Source: Octopus sinensis (Eukaryota). From it: a DNA stretch of 64,000 nt. The notes below the pieces were generated by a model. The model was not told the DNA's origin. It saw nothing but the letters and a program-made list of their open reading frames with translations, and did not search any database. The position numbers and the translations under genes were made by a program. The stretch is from contig NC_043001.1 in the NCBI RefSeq assembly GCF_006345805.1, positions 68,262,001 through 68,326,000 of the forward strand, given 5' to 3'. Positions 1 to 11,479 of this stretch are shown in pieces; positions within the stretch are counted from its first letter, which is position 1; every line of letters starts with the position of its first letter.

Positions 1-878
1 CATTATATAGCCCTTATCATTTTCTCTTATATCATACTATATATTCTATGTTTTGTAGAATGATACATTAAGAAGCTTTCTTGTGAGTACTAACGGATTA
101 ATTGAACCCATATATTTTGACTTTAATCCCTGTTTGTATATATGTATACAACATTAAAGACAACAGAGACAACAGCATTAGAGAATTTTAGCTCTTATTT
201 CTAGCAATGTAGGAGTTTCTAACACTCTAGTCGTATTTAGTGACAATTATAGTTTTCCTTTTTGGTAAAACATTGCAAACGGCTGTTTACATTATATTAT
301 ATATATCCAATGAGACCGATATACATACATTTATACATTTATATATAAACACTCTTGAGATACGTGGATACACGCATACATGCCTACACACCCACACACA
401 CCTACACACACCATATATACCTACCCACATACTATTGACGATTCTTTTCTTTTCATAGCGTTTGGTTAAATCAATAGTTCTCACTCGCACACATCCATTA
501 TACATATTCTTTTATTTCACATGTACATATATCTGTATGTACCTACATGTATCTCGCTAAAGATATTCCCATTTTTGCTCTTATCAATCTGCATCTCTCT
601 AGGTCGCTCTATCAATCATTTTCTTTTTGCGCTATAACATTCCGTGAACGTAAACAAGTCCATTCTCTAGTCAGTTCCCATTCGACTAAACAACTGCACC
701 TGACAAATCAGTTATGAGTTTATACAATTTAGATGGACAACGGTATAAATAATATAATTTAAGTATACCAGTAATAATACTGATGCTGAAACATTATAAT
801 AGCATATTCGAGTACTTAACGGATTGATATAACTAAAATATCATAGTTACATTCAAATTATTACAAATATGACATAAT

Positions 879-1160
879 TCAGGTAAACAGCAATACAATC
901 TTGCCCGTAGAAGTGATCGCCAAATTTAAACTACATTTTCGAGTAAATAAAGGATTGATATAATATTGAATATTACATATTCTTTCTACTTTTTGATAAA
1001 TTCGGTAATGTTTCTCTTGGTGTTTCTTAGTCTTAAACTCACCACAAATATAACAAAAGTTATCCTGGTTTGCTGTACATCTTCTGTATATCCTTGCTGC
1101 AAATGATGTAGAGGGAGGTAAGTTTTCGGAAATGTTGATAGCAGAAAGCTGGTGCAAATG
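879..1160 (-). mobile_element. Degenerate DNA transposase N-terminal zinc-finger fragment, Chapaev3/CMC-like
   Basis: Frameshifted minus-strand peptide RRCTANQDNFCYICGEFKTKKHQ/RNITEFIKK resembles the C..N.PDNFCYICGEF...R.IT.FVKK start of Chapaev3-type transposases (family assignment from memory). Confidence 0.5.
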
Positions 1161-1479
1161 TTTGCCACAAACTCACTGAACAAAACACATCAGGATTTTT
1201 CAGAGTTACCTATCTCCTAGGTTAGGTACATTCATCTAGATTTAGAGACCAATCCAGCCTGGTAAGGTAAACGCGAGCCTGGGTGGCAAATCAAAAATTT
1301 CTAAAGCCATACATAAAAATATGTAATTGGATAGTTGTTGACTCTTCTGAATTTATCCACCGTCTGTCGCGTCTTGTTTTTCATTCCTCTGGGTGTCCAA
1401 AGACAATCGTACATTTCAAGCAGTCTTGGTAGGAGCTGCTGGTTTAGCTGCTGACGGCCCGACCATATAATAAGTTGTA

Positions 1480-1620
1480 TTGGGTTACATCTTTACGCTC
1501 TGAGTTCAAATTTCGCTGTGGCCGACTTTGTCTTTCATCCTTTCGTTGTCAAGAAATTAAGTAGCAATTGATGTAATCGACAATCATCCCTCTACCAAAC
1601 TGTTGGACTTGTGCAAAACT
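1480..1620 (+). mobile_element. SINE family B, degenerate partial copy
   Basis: ctgagttcaaatttcgctgtggccgactttgtctttcatcctttcg matches the cleaner copies at 8733 and 34082. Confidence 0.65.
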
Positions 1621-2327
1621 TTTATTGCTATTGTTGTTGTTCATACTGTTGTAGTTGTCCTCGTCGTCGTTCTTCTTGCTGTTGCTGTAGTATTTGTCCT
1701 CCTCTTCGTCATTACTGTTGTTAGTGCTGCTTCTCTTACTGTTGTTACTAGTTAGTTCGAGGTCAGCCCTGACCACCACACTAATATTCAAAGACATTCC
1801 AACCACGAACGATGTATACCTTGAACTATATTTTCAAACGTGCATTGTTTTGTTTAGCTTTAGATACAAGCAATATCTAGCTGCTATTTCTTGCAAGCCG
1901 AACGACCATATGGATTCTCACTGACCGAGTTGTCTATTATCATGTGTCACAAAATAATTAAGGATTCCGGTCTGGAAAAGAGCATGCGTAAAGTTCTTTC
2001 ATCCATGGATCCTAGTGCCTTTAATATCTTGTTTAAAGCTTGATATAAGAGCAAATTGTACGTGTCTACCAAGAGATTTAGAGTTAACAGACGACAAGAT
2101 ATAAGTGTAATTAAGTGTAATAATTGAATGAACAGCAAAATGGATGCTCAACTGCTAATATAAACTACAAGGAACATACCAAAAGGAACTCGTTATAAGC
2201 AATGCGCTTGAAGCAACATGCTAGACTGAACTGCTTGCATTAGCAATTATTAAAAGCATTTAATTAAATGTAAAGTAAACTACGTCTCTCTCTCTCTCTC
2301 ATACACACAGACACAGACACACGCACG

Positions 2328-2384
<57 letters not shown>

Positions 2385-2774
2385 ATGTATATGTGTGTGT
2401 GCGTATACAGAATGTATGTACGTAAAGGTTCTACGTCTGTTAGACCTGTCAATATTCGATAATTGTCACTAATTATTAATGAAGTGTAATTAACTCAATT
2501 ACAGATAAACGTTGCGTTAGGAAATAAACATGAACCAAATAAAATGTTATAATTTATATTTTATTTTTCTGAAGACAGCAAATTGAAGAACCATCGCGGT
2601 GGTTGAGTTGATCGGGTGGTGGTCAACGACCAGAAGGGTCAATGTTTCACACCACCTCATCAGTTTTGCTATACATTTTAATTCAGTTATCTCAGTCAAT
2701 CTAGATGTAAGATGGCTTGATCATGAGTTACTTTAAGGAAACTAAGAAGCGACTAATCAATTGAAAATGCTGAA

Positions 2775-2935
2775 TTCATCGCCCCACCCCATCAGTGCTC
2801 AGCTGGTACTTATTTTGTGTATCACGGAGGAATGAAAGGAAAGTTAGCCTCGACTGAATTTCAACCCAGAACGTAAACATTGCCACTAAGTATTTAGTCC
2901 GGCGTCCTAAAAATTCTGCTAGTTCGCCACCTTAA
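2775..2935 (-). mobile_element. SINE family B, degenerate
   Basis: Reverse complement gives ggtggcgaactagcagaat...ttctgggttgaaattc...ctttcattcc...taagtaccagctgagcactg. Confidence 0.7.
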
Positions 2936-2962
2936 TAATAATACTAAGAGTATATATAAAAA

Positions 2963-3369
2963 CTAATTCTGACTGACGCTGCAGAGAAGCACCTACATTG
3001 CTACTGATGAAAAGTTAAAAACCCTTAGAGCCATAGGGAAGTGCATGTCCATATACTGAGAGGAGAGATAACCGTCGCACAGCGAGAAGGATCATTATAT
3101 TAGTCCAGTGTCGCTTAAAATTAAAGCTCATCAGTAGTGATGATTCCTTCACTGGATGGTTTGGATAAATCCTGACTGTCATTATATGGAGTAGTCACTA
3201 CAGATAAGCTTTAATTTTAAGCAAAACTAGACTAGTATAGTGATCTCACTAACTTTGGGACGGTTATCACCCATATCAGTATATGGACATGTGCATCCTT
3301 GCGGCTCTAAGAGTTTTTAACTCTTATTTCTAGCAATGTAGGTGCTACCCTCTACCGTCACACAATTAG
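2963..3369. mobile_element. Old foldback/MITE-like element with about 180-bp imperfect inverted arms
   Basis: 2963-3140 is the reverse complement of 3195-3369 (e.g. cttaaaattaaagct/agctttaattttaag, catgtccatatactga/tcagtatatggacatg, agcacctacattgcta/tagcaatgtaggtgct); a related end occurs at about 185-265. Confidence 0.7.
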
Positions 3370-3426
3370 GGACAATTTAACTTTTCCTTTTTGGTTCTAT
3401 GTTGCGTATAGCCGCCTTCGTTATCT

Positions 3427-3470
<44 letters not shown>

Positions 3471-3471
<1 letters not shown>

Positions 3472-4745
3472 GAGGGGCGTTCAATAAGTAATGCCCCTGA
3501 CCCACTTCCCATAGCAGTAGAGCAACCAAACTTGGCACAGTTATTAGTCTTTTTCTACATAGGAACCACCCAGAGTTACGCATTTCTCCCATTGCTTGAT
3601 GCAGCTCTGGAGACCGTTTTTGTAAAAGACCCCAGCTTGGTCCTCCAACCTGAACGTGACTTCAGAAATCAAGGCTGCATCATCTGGGAAATGCTTTCCT
3701 TTCAAAAACAACTTCATGACTGGAAAGAGGTGAAAATCAGAGGGTGCAAGGTCAGAAAAGTAGGGGGATGGGGGAGGAGTTCATAGCCATACGCCTGTGC
3801 TTCTGATCTGGCGACAAGCGAGTTGTGAACCGGAACGTTGTCCTGCAGGAGGAGGATGCCTTTGCTGATCTTGCCCCGCCTCTTAATTTTGATAGTTTCT
3901 CTTAATTTCCTCAAAAGTGAAGCATAATAGGCTCCTGCAATTGTGTGGTACCCTTTGCCAGGAAATCTGTCATCACTACTCCGCACTGGTCCCAGAAGAC
4001 TGTGAGCATAACCTTGTCAGCGGAGGGCTGCACCCTTGTCTTCTTTGGAGGAGGTGAGTCACGGTGCTTTCACTGCATTGACTGGGCTTTGGTCTCTGGA
4101 TCATCGTGATGGACCCAGGTTTCATCCTGTGTAATCAGTCTTTTGAAATATTTTGACTCATCTTGGCACATCTCCAAATTCACCCTCGAGCACTCGATGC
4201 GTTCTTGCTTCTGGAAAGGCGTGAGCAACCTGGGAATCCATTTGGCAGACACCTTTTGCATATGCAAATGGTCATGAATGATAGCTTCCACAGACCCGGT
4301 ACTAATCTTGACCTCATGGGCTATTTGGCGAATAATTATGTGTCGATCTTCCAAAATGGCAGCCTCAACTTGACGGACAGATGCCTCATCAATGGCAGAA
4401 GGGGCGACCAGATCTGGGAGCTGTTTCCACAGAGTTCCGACCATGTTTGAATTCACGATGCCAGAGTTTTACAAGGTCATATGATGGGGCATCATCACCA
4501 TAAGTTACTTTCATTTCATCAAAAGTCTCCCGTGGTGTGCGTCCTTTCAAATACAAAAACCGGATCACTGCTCGACACTCAACAGGCTCCATTTCACACT
4601 TGACTCGGTTCAAACACCTGTAAATCAGAAACCACAATTAATTCAGAGCTTACTCTATAGAGATATAAATGATTGCACATGCAAAATTTCAGCTAGATCA
4701 AACAACTGCAAGTGGGTCAGAGACATTACTTATTGAACGTCCCTC

Positions 4746-4746
<1 letters not shown>
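3471..4746 (-). mobile_element. Full-length mariner (DD34D, irritans/Hsmar2-like), inactive
   Basis: TIRs cgaggggcgttcaataagtaatg / cattacttattgaacgtccctcg with TA on both sides. Broken transposase: MEPVECRAVIRFL..., WIPRLL, QDETWVHH, QDNVPVH, HPP...LAPSDFHLF. Confidence 0.95.
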
Positions 4747-4790
<44 letters not shown>

Positions 4791-4794
<4 letters not shown>

Positions 4795-5352
4795 AGGAAC
4801 CACAATATTCTACAAACAGCCAAACGCCTTCTACCAATTCTACAGCAGTCCCCATGTCTCCGACAAATAATCAAGGAACAACAAGTAATCAACAGCCGAA
4901 GGTAACCACCAAATTTTAAGAAACTTCTAACCAAAGCAAAATTTGCATCAGAAGAAGAAATAATGCAAGTTACCAAATGTGGAGACCCTCGATCTGATTT
5001 AATAGAACAGGGACCAGCCAAAAAATTCAAAAATGACAAAGAATTAAAGATGAATGCAAATATGAACTGTAAAAGCAAAAACCTGATATATTGTATCACA
5101 TGCCCGCGATGCAACGAACATTATATTGGGGAAACAAAAACGAAACTAACCAACCAAGTAAATGTGCACAGACATCAAATAAAACATCCCGCACTTAGAT
5201 GCATACCATCTAGCGATCATTTGGACACCTGTGCACAAGGAAAATTTACTATTTTTCCTCTTCATAAAATAAATGAAGAGAACGACCTTCTCCGGAAGAC
5301 AAAAGAAGAATACTTCGTAAGGTCTCTGGGCCCGAAACTAAACCGGAAATAG
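4791..5352 (+). mobile_element. 5'-truncated Penelope-like element, GIY-YIG endonuclease end
   Basis: PPNFKKLL...KCGDPR...NCKSKNLIYCITCPRCNEHYIGETK...VNVHRH...EEYFVRSLGPKLN. A degenerate gcttgaaacgttaag hammerhead-like motif follows in the 3' tail (about 5403-5417). Confidence 0.85.
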
Positions 5353-5592
5353 TCAACAACAATTTTACTGAAAACAACTTTCACTATATGTAATAACACG
5401 TGCTTGAAACGTTAAGAACTGAAACGCTTGCACATCTATAAAAGCAAAAGCCACACACATTTTGTGAAATCTCTTCCCAAAGGTTAGTGCCTTTCGACTT
5501 TCTAAAAAGGTTCTTTTCACAATCTTAACTCTTTGAGAAAAACATCTTCTCTCCAAATATTATAACTGTATCAAGCAAGTTCCCAAACACTC

Positions 5593-5636
<44 letters not shown>

Positions 5637-5637
<1 letters not shown>

Positions 5638-6010
5638 GCGGTCTGATCAATAAGTATCCGGACTATTGCCATAGTAACAAAGCTAACAATTGCAGAGTAA
5701 AGCCGCTTGGCACAGATTGACCTAAAACTCTGCTTTGCATACGCACTAAATTTTAACGTTCTAGCTCACTTCCGTTGTTTACAGAAGTCGTTGGAAGGAA
5801 GGTGTGTAGCGTGTGATCGTCGTATTGACCATGACAAAGAAAGTTGTCATAGCGATACCTGCTTAGAGGCCTTAGCAAAGTTGCAGGAAGTGTATGGAAA
5901 GGAGTGTGTGAGTCGTATACAAGTGCACGAGCGGTTCAGACGTCTCCATGATGGCCTAAAGATGTCGATATAGATGAACGTTCTCGGAGATCCGCAACCA
6001 GCAGAAGTGA
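5637..6010 (+). mobile_element. Mariner 5' fragment (second family)
   Basis: TA then TIR-like cgcggtctgatcaataagtatccggact; peptide LQEVYGKECVSRIQVHERFRRLHDG...DERS is the mariner N-terminal helix-turn-helix region. Confidence 0.75.
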
Positions 6011-6019
6011 CTTAAGCTG

Positions 6020-6690
6020 TTCGCAGTAGGTCACCTTTGTTATTGTTTGGTTTGGGTTTAAAAGCTCAAAGTGGACTAAACCTTTCATATCTTACCAAAC
6101 AGATAGCAACACCTTACGTGGGTGTAAAGACATTCTTTAGTCTGGGGTGCCGGTGTTTCTCCTTTCCCTACTCACTGTCTCTGGCGCTTGACATTTTTAT
6201 AGAGAACCCATTTCTCGTCACCAATCACTATTCGGTCCACAAAAGATTCATTCGTGAGACGTGGCAGCGAAAAGTGTACACATTCACTCTCTATGCGCGA
6301 TAAGGCTCGTAAAGTTTGTGAGGAACATACTGACCGAATTTGCTGACTTTCCAGATGGCACGCAGTTGTCGATGAATGGCTGAATGACCAAATCCAAGCT
6401 TCTCTGCTAGTTCCTCAACAGTTATAATGGGATTTTGTACCACCAGGGTTTGCAGGACGTACTCGTCGAGCTCTATAGATCTTCCAGGATGAAGCTCATC
6501 GTCTAGGTTGTAATTTCCGACTTGGAATTTCTGGAACCAACGTTGACACTGACTTACGCTTATTGTCCGATTCCATATACTGACTGCATTAATATTCCTC
6601 GCACTTTCCGTTGCGATGTTGCCTTTATTGAACTCCTAAAGCAACAAATGCCGAATGTGATCCTTTGTCCCTTTCATTACAGCTTTGAAA
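6020..6690 (-). mobile_element. Mariner fragment (cecropia/mellifera-like), N-terminal half
   Basis: Minus-strand translation: HIRHLLL*EFNKG...CQRWFQKFQVGNYNLDDELHPGR...QYVPHKL...DRIVIGDEKWVLYKNVKRQRQ*...HPRKVLLSVW*DMKGLVHFELL. Confidence 0.85.
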
Positions 6691-6785
6691 AAAGACCCAA
6701 AATATATATATGTATATGTGTGTGTGTGTGTATGTATGTATGTATATATATATACGTATATATATGTATGTATGTATATATATAT

Positions 6786-6844
<59 letters not shown>

Positions 6845-6959
6845 TATATATACCTGTGTGTGTGCGCGCGCGATGTGTGTGTACGTATATATGTGATGAG
6901 ATTCCAAAAGATTTTGGAAAGGCAGAAAACGCACATGATTGTTTTTATACATAGTATAT

Positions 6960-7110
6960 ATAAATCACAGTATGTGTGTGTATATTGACTAACGCATACA
7001 TTTCCACAATTCTCAACTGATTTTCACCAAACTTTACACACACCTCAAGGATGGTCTTGCACTATAGCATTTTGCCCAAAGTTTCTGCGTAAATGAACAA
7101 ACTCGGAAAG
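6960..7110 (+). mobile_element. Helitron-like non-autonomous 5' fragment
   Basis: tatataaatcacagtatgtgtgtg...caactgattttcaccaaactttacac has the same 5' architecture as the Helitron-type elements at 8965, 18890 and 62765. Confidence 0.4.
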
Positions 7111-8236
7111 ACGGTAGTTTACACGAGTTTTTCTCTAATTCATTGTATGTTCATATTTTTTTTTATATGTATGGTCTTCCATACTTTTTTAATCTATATG
7201 GTCGTATATTGTTTATTAAAGAATATCTTTTTAGTGGTTTTCACATTTTTTGATTTGTTATTCATTTATATGTTGTAATTGTGTATTGGTCAGAGAATAT
7301 TATAAAAGTGAAAGGATATTGTTAATTAATTTATTTATTTCGACCGTTCACCTGCGACGGTGAGTAAATCGACTAGGAATACTGTACGCGATGAATATCG
7401 AATATCAAATAATCTTAATCTCCATACGTAAACTGCATTAAACCTTGGCAACCTTACCTTTACCTGTTCTGAGTTACTTGAAAGGTGATGTTCCCTACTT
7501 CTCTTGTATTTGTTGATAACTTTGTTTACCTATTAATGCGTTGTTTCACTTTAAGGATGCTTATTTACCCATGCATTATGATATTTCGAATGCGACATCT
7601 TTTCACTGCGAACTGCTAAAGATTCAAAGCAGTATTCGTGAACTGAAGTCAAACTCTTCTTGTCTTTATTTTTCGTTATCTGAAGTCAATTTCAGAGTGG
7701 TCGTTCTCTATAAGCACGTAGCGAATACATTCCTTTAACTCCACGTTTTCAAGTAGGTATTATATCGCCATTTTTGAACGTACAAGTCATACTTCTCTCC
7801 GAAAAAATAGCTCCCTTTGCTGTAGAATAAAACAGACTTGCAGAGGGGAAGTTTCAACGTCTTCCTTGAATTTCCTTACACCATTTATGTAGCTGTTTCT
7901 GATAAGAAATTTCACTTTCATGTAAAACAATTATATATTTTTAATCATTATCCGTAATCTACTCCCCAAACACTTCGGTAGCTCTGCATCGCTTGTAAAC
8001 TTATGTACTCTATGATCATTAATGTGCAACAACCTCCACAATAACCAGCCTTCAATTTGGTTTTCTGTTCCTAGGTTAATCGGAAACAGAGTGCCGTGCT
8101 ACTCTTAAGCCTTCTCGGCAGTTCAATTATTTGGAGAAAAAAATACCACCAAACTTACTTGGAGGAGATGAGACGAAACGAAAACGAATCGAATCGACGC
8201 GAGGGCGCTCAGTCATACAATACTGTAATAAATAAA

Positions 8237-8609
8237 ATATATACATACATACATATATGTACGTACCTACATCTACATGTATATATACATGCATATATAA
8301 ATATATATACATGAGTACAGGACACCACAAATAGACGTAGAACTCAACGAGAAGCGAAAACGTAAAAACAAATGTGGAAACGGACCTAAACGAAAAAAAC
8401 AGAGTACAAGACAAACTACACTTTCCTTGTGTAGTTTGTCTGGTACTCTGTTTTTTCGTTTAGGTCCGTTTCCACGTTTGTTTTTACGTTTTCGCTTCTC
8501 GTTGAGTTCTACGTCTATTTGTGGTGTCCTGTACTCACGTATATATATTTATATATGCATGTATATATACATGTAGATGTAGATACGTACATATATGTAT
8601 GTATGTATG

Positions 8610-8615
<6 letters not shown>
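8237..8615. repeat. Inverted repeat, about 185-bp arms with a 7-nt spacer
   Basis: Centre agacaaactacac-tttcctt-gtgtagtttgtct; arms include flanking TA/CATA microsatellite. Confidence 0.95.
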
Positions 8616-8640
<25 letters not shown>

Positions 8641-8662
8641 TATATATATGTATACATACACG

Positions 8663-8693
<31 letters not shown>

Positions 8694-8732
8694 CACACAC
8701 ACACACACACATATATATATAAAACCGGCTTA

Positions 8733-8963
8733 AGACGGGGAGCTGGCAGAAACGTTAGCACACCGGGCGAAATGCGTGGCCGTATTTCGTCTGCCGTTAC
8801 ATTCTGAGTTCAAATTCCGCCGAGGTCGACTTTGCCTTTCATCCTTTCGGGGTCGATAAATTAAGTACCAGTTGCGCACTCGGGTCGATGTAATCGACTT
8901 AATCCCTTTGTCTGTCCTTGTTTGTCCTCTCTGTATTTAGCCCCTTGTGGGTAGTAAAGAAAT
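8733..8963 (+). mobile_element. SINE family B, full copy
   Basis: tRNA-like head (gagctggcagaaacgttagc; B-box-like gagttcaaattccgcc), body gtcgactttgcctttcatcctttcgggg, tail ccccttgtgggtagtaaagaaata. Confidence 0.9.
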
Positions 8964-8964
8964 A

Positions 8965-9370
8965 TATATATATAAAACTGAGAATGTGTGTGTCTGTCTG
9001 TCTGTCTGTCTGTGTGTTTCCCTAAAACTTGAGAACTACACAACCAATTTCATTCAAATTTTACACATGCCTTACTTAGGGTCCATGTAGTTTCATGGGC
9101 AAAAAAAAATGTTCAACTTCTTGCCTAGAGCGAGCCCATAGCAATATCATTTCTTCTCCACTATTTCAGTATTACGTGTTAAAAGTGAAGCAAAAACATT
9201 TCTCTATTTTATGTCAGATACTTTCACTTTAACAATAAAAATAATAATAACAATTGAATTATATATAGTAAGTAATAATTAAAATCAAACTAAAGTATAA
9301 TATAATCGTAACATAACAAAAGTAAAAATAGCAATTGGTATAAAATTGCATCAATGACTTGAACTTGAAT
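8965..9370 (+). mobile_element. Non-autonomous Helitron-like 5' portion
   Basis: tatataaaactgagaatgtgtgtgtctgtctg...caaccaatttcattcaaattttacac mirrors the 5' end of the Helitrons at 24827 and 20157. A possible 3' hairpin plus CTAG lies at 9860-9900. Confidence 0.5.
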
Positions 9371-9409
9371 AAGTGGTTTCACATGAATGGGAATAAATCA
9401 AAAATAAAA

Positions 9410-9740
9410 TTAGCGTGCAGAAATGGAATAGTCCAGATGGACTATTATACATAAAGGACTATATCTAACCAGAGGCGATAAATTCGCCACAATAGAAGCA
9501 AGTTTCGAGTCAACGGAGCGTGCAAGGGAGTACTTGACTCGAGCCTTGCAAAGTGGAAATATTTTATTTTCACTTTTATATCTGGGGCGTAGGACGTCCC
9601 GGATAAAAATTATAAATGTCCCCCCAGAAGTAGAGGTAGGCTGGATTGTAGCCACACTTCTATACAAGAGGGAGGACAAGATACAATTGATCGAAATTGC
9701 AAGAGACGGGCCTACAATTCCAGTCTGTTATATATTTTGA
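9410..9740 (+). mobile_element. L1/Tx1-like ORF1 fragment
   Basis: KFATIEASFESTERAREYLTRALQSGNILFSLLYLGRRTSRIKIINVPPEVEVGWIVA resembles Tx1-type ORF1 (YLG.R...+.+..VP.E motif, recalled). Confidence 0.45.
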
Positions 9741-9899
9741 GTATTCATATCACTAGCGATATCAAGATATAACTTTGTATTTTGTATTTTATGTGTAGGT
9801 GTATATATATAGATGTACATGTTATATGTACACATATATATACACATATATATACATGCACTAGCACTATGACCCGGCAACGACGGGTCATAATGCTAG

Positions 9900-9963
<64 letters not shown>

Positions 9964-11479
9964 ATACGGGAAAACTGTTTCTATAAATATTTAAAAACAA
10001 CCGATATACTCTTCGTTGTCTTTGTTGTTATATAGGTCCATGTTAATCATTATTGATCGGAATTATCCAAAACTACATTATGTGAACTTCCTTCTTATAT
10101 AATGGCTTAGTTGGAGGAGGAAACGCCGGGCATATGACCCACTGGGTGTTCCAACACCAGTGCTCGAAAGAGATGTCATCTCTTTTAAGACGAGGGTTGT
10201 GGTAGTTTCAAGGAGAACTGGCTGTAACTTTTCGCCAGTCAAAAGACCAGGTAGAGGACCTCAGGTTAGACATGGTTCAGTAGACTTACGATCAAAATGC
10301 CTCCTACGCTTGACCATCTCGTGTTTTAGAACTGTCTTGTCTAAACTAACCTTTTTGCTGGTAAGACGATACAATCAAGCTTGAAGGCAATTTGGCAGCT
10401 ATTTCTTGAGGTCCAACGACCGTGTACGTGGCTCTCTCGCTGGTGCGATCAAATGGCATTCAGTAGGGCTGTGCAGGCAAAAGTGTACCATAACTAATGT
10501 AAACATAACGAAATCACTAACAATGGAACAGTCCAAAGGGGAAGCCTTTATGCTAGATCTCATAGAAAGAAGAACCAAATATTCCCTCAAATTACGGATC
10601 TTAAGCATGCAGATATTCGATAATATCGGGAGAATATAATGTCTGAAAGGAGAATAAAATATAACGGATGATAATAGATCTGGACTGCCAAGATGACATG
10701 GGGCTTAACACAAATATAAACAGCAATGACGTAATAATATGCAATTATTTGCGCTGAAACTCTTGTTCAATTATGTTATGTACAGCATCTAAAAATATAT
10801 AAACTCCATACAGAATCTCTATGGATAAAAGAGGACACGCATATGTATGTATGAAGAGAGAGAAATATATGTGTGTATGTATGCATATATGTATGTATAT
10901 CTACATATACATACATACATGCATAGATACACACATATGTGCATATATACTAACGTGTTAGTGTGTGTGTGTGTGTGTGTCACTGTGCAAAATGAAGAGA
11001 CAGAATAAAATAAAACGTAAATGTAGAGGAGTGACTGCCAGCACCTGTTTTAGAGAAGAAAGAAGCAGAGAAGAGAGGGAGAAGAGAGAAAGAAGATGTG
11101 AAAGACAGAAGGAGTGAGAAGGGAAAGGAGAGCGAGAGAGATATCTACAATAGATGTCACCCTGTACAAACATCCACAATATGGACAGAAAATGACAAAA
11201 GCAAATCAATTAGGTGCAGATGCAAAACATCATTATCTCACATACATAATAAGCTTTCTCACGTTGGCAAAAGGCCGGCATGTTTTGTGAGGCTAGAGAT
11301 AAAGAATAAATCTCTTCTTCTTCTCTCTCTCTCTCCCTTTCCCCCTCACTCTCCCTTTCCACCTCTCTGCCTCCCTTCTATCTCACCCATGGACATAGAC
11401 GCATATGTACACAACACATTTATATATGGTGTATCTTTATAGTATATCTTATTAAAGAAAAATATTATATGTATGTATT

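Noticed and set aside
1945-2100. Possible CR1/L2 RT remnant (MRKVLSSMDPSAFNILFKA)
   Set aside because: Resemblance too weak to call by eye
3004-3010. CTGATGA hammerhead core in the foldback element (also at 24904)
   Set aside because: No stem II plus GAAA arrangement follows, and the opposite arm and related copies do not keep the motif
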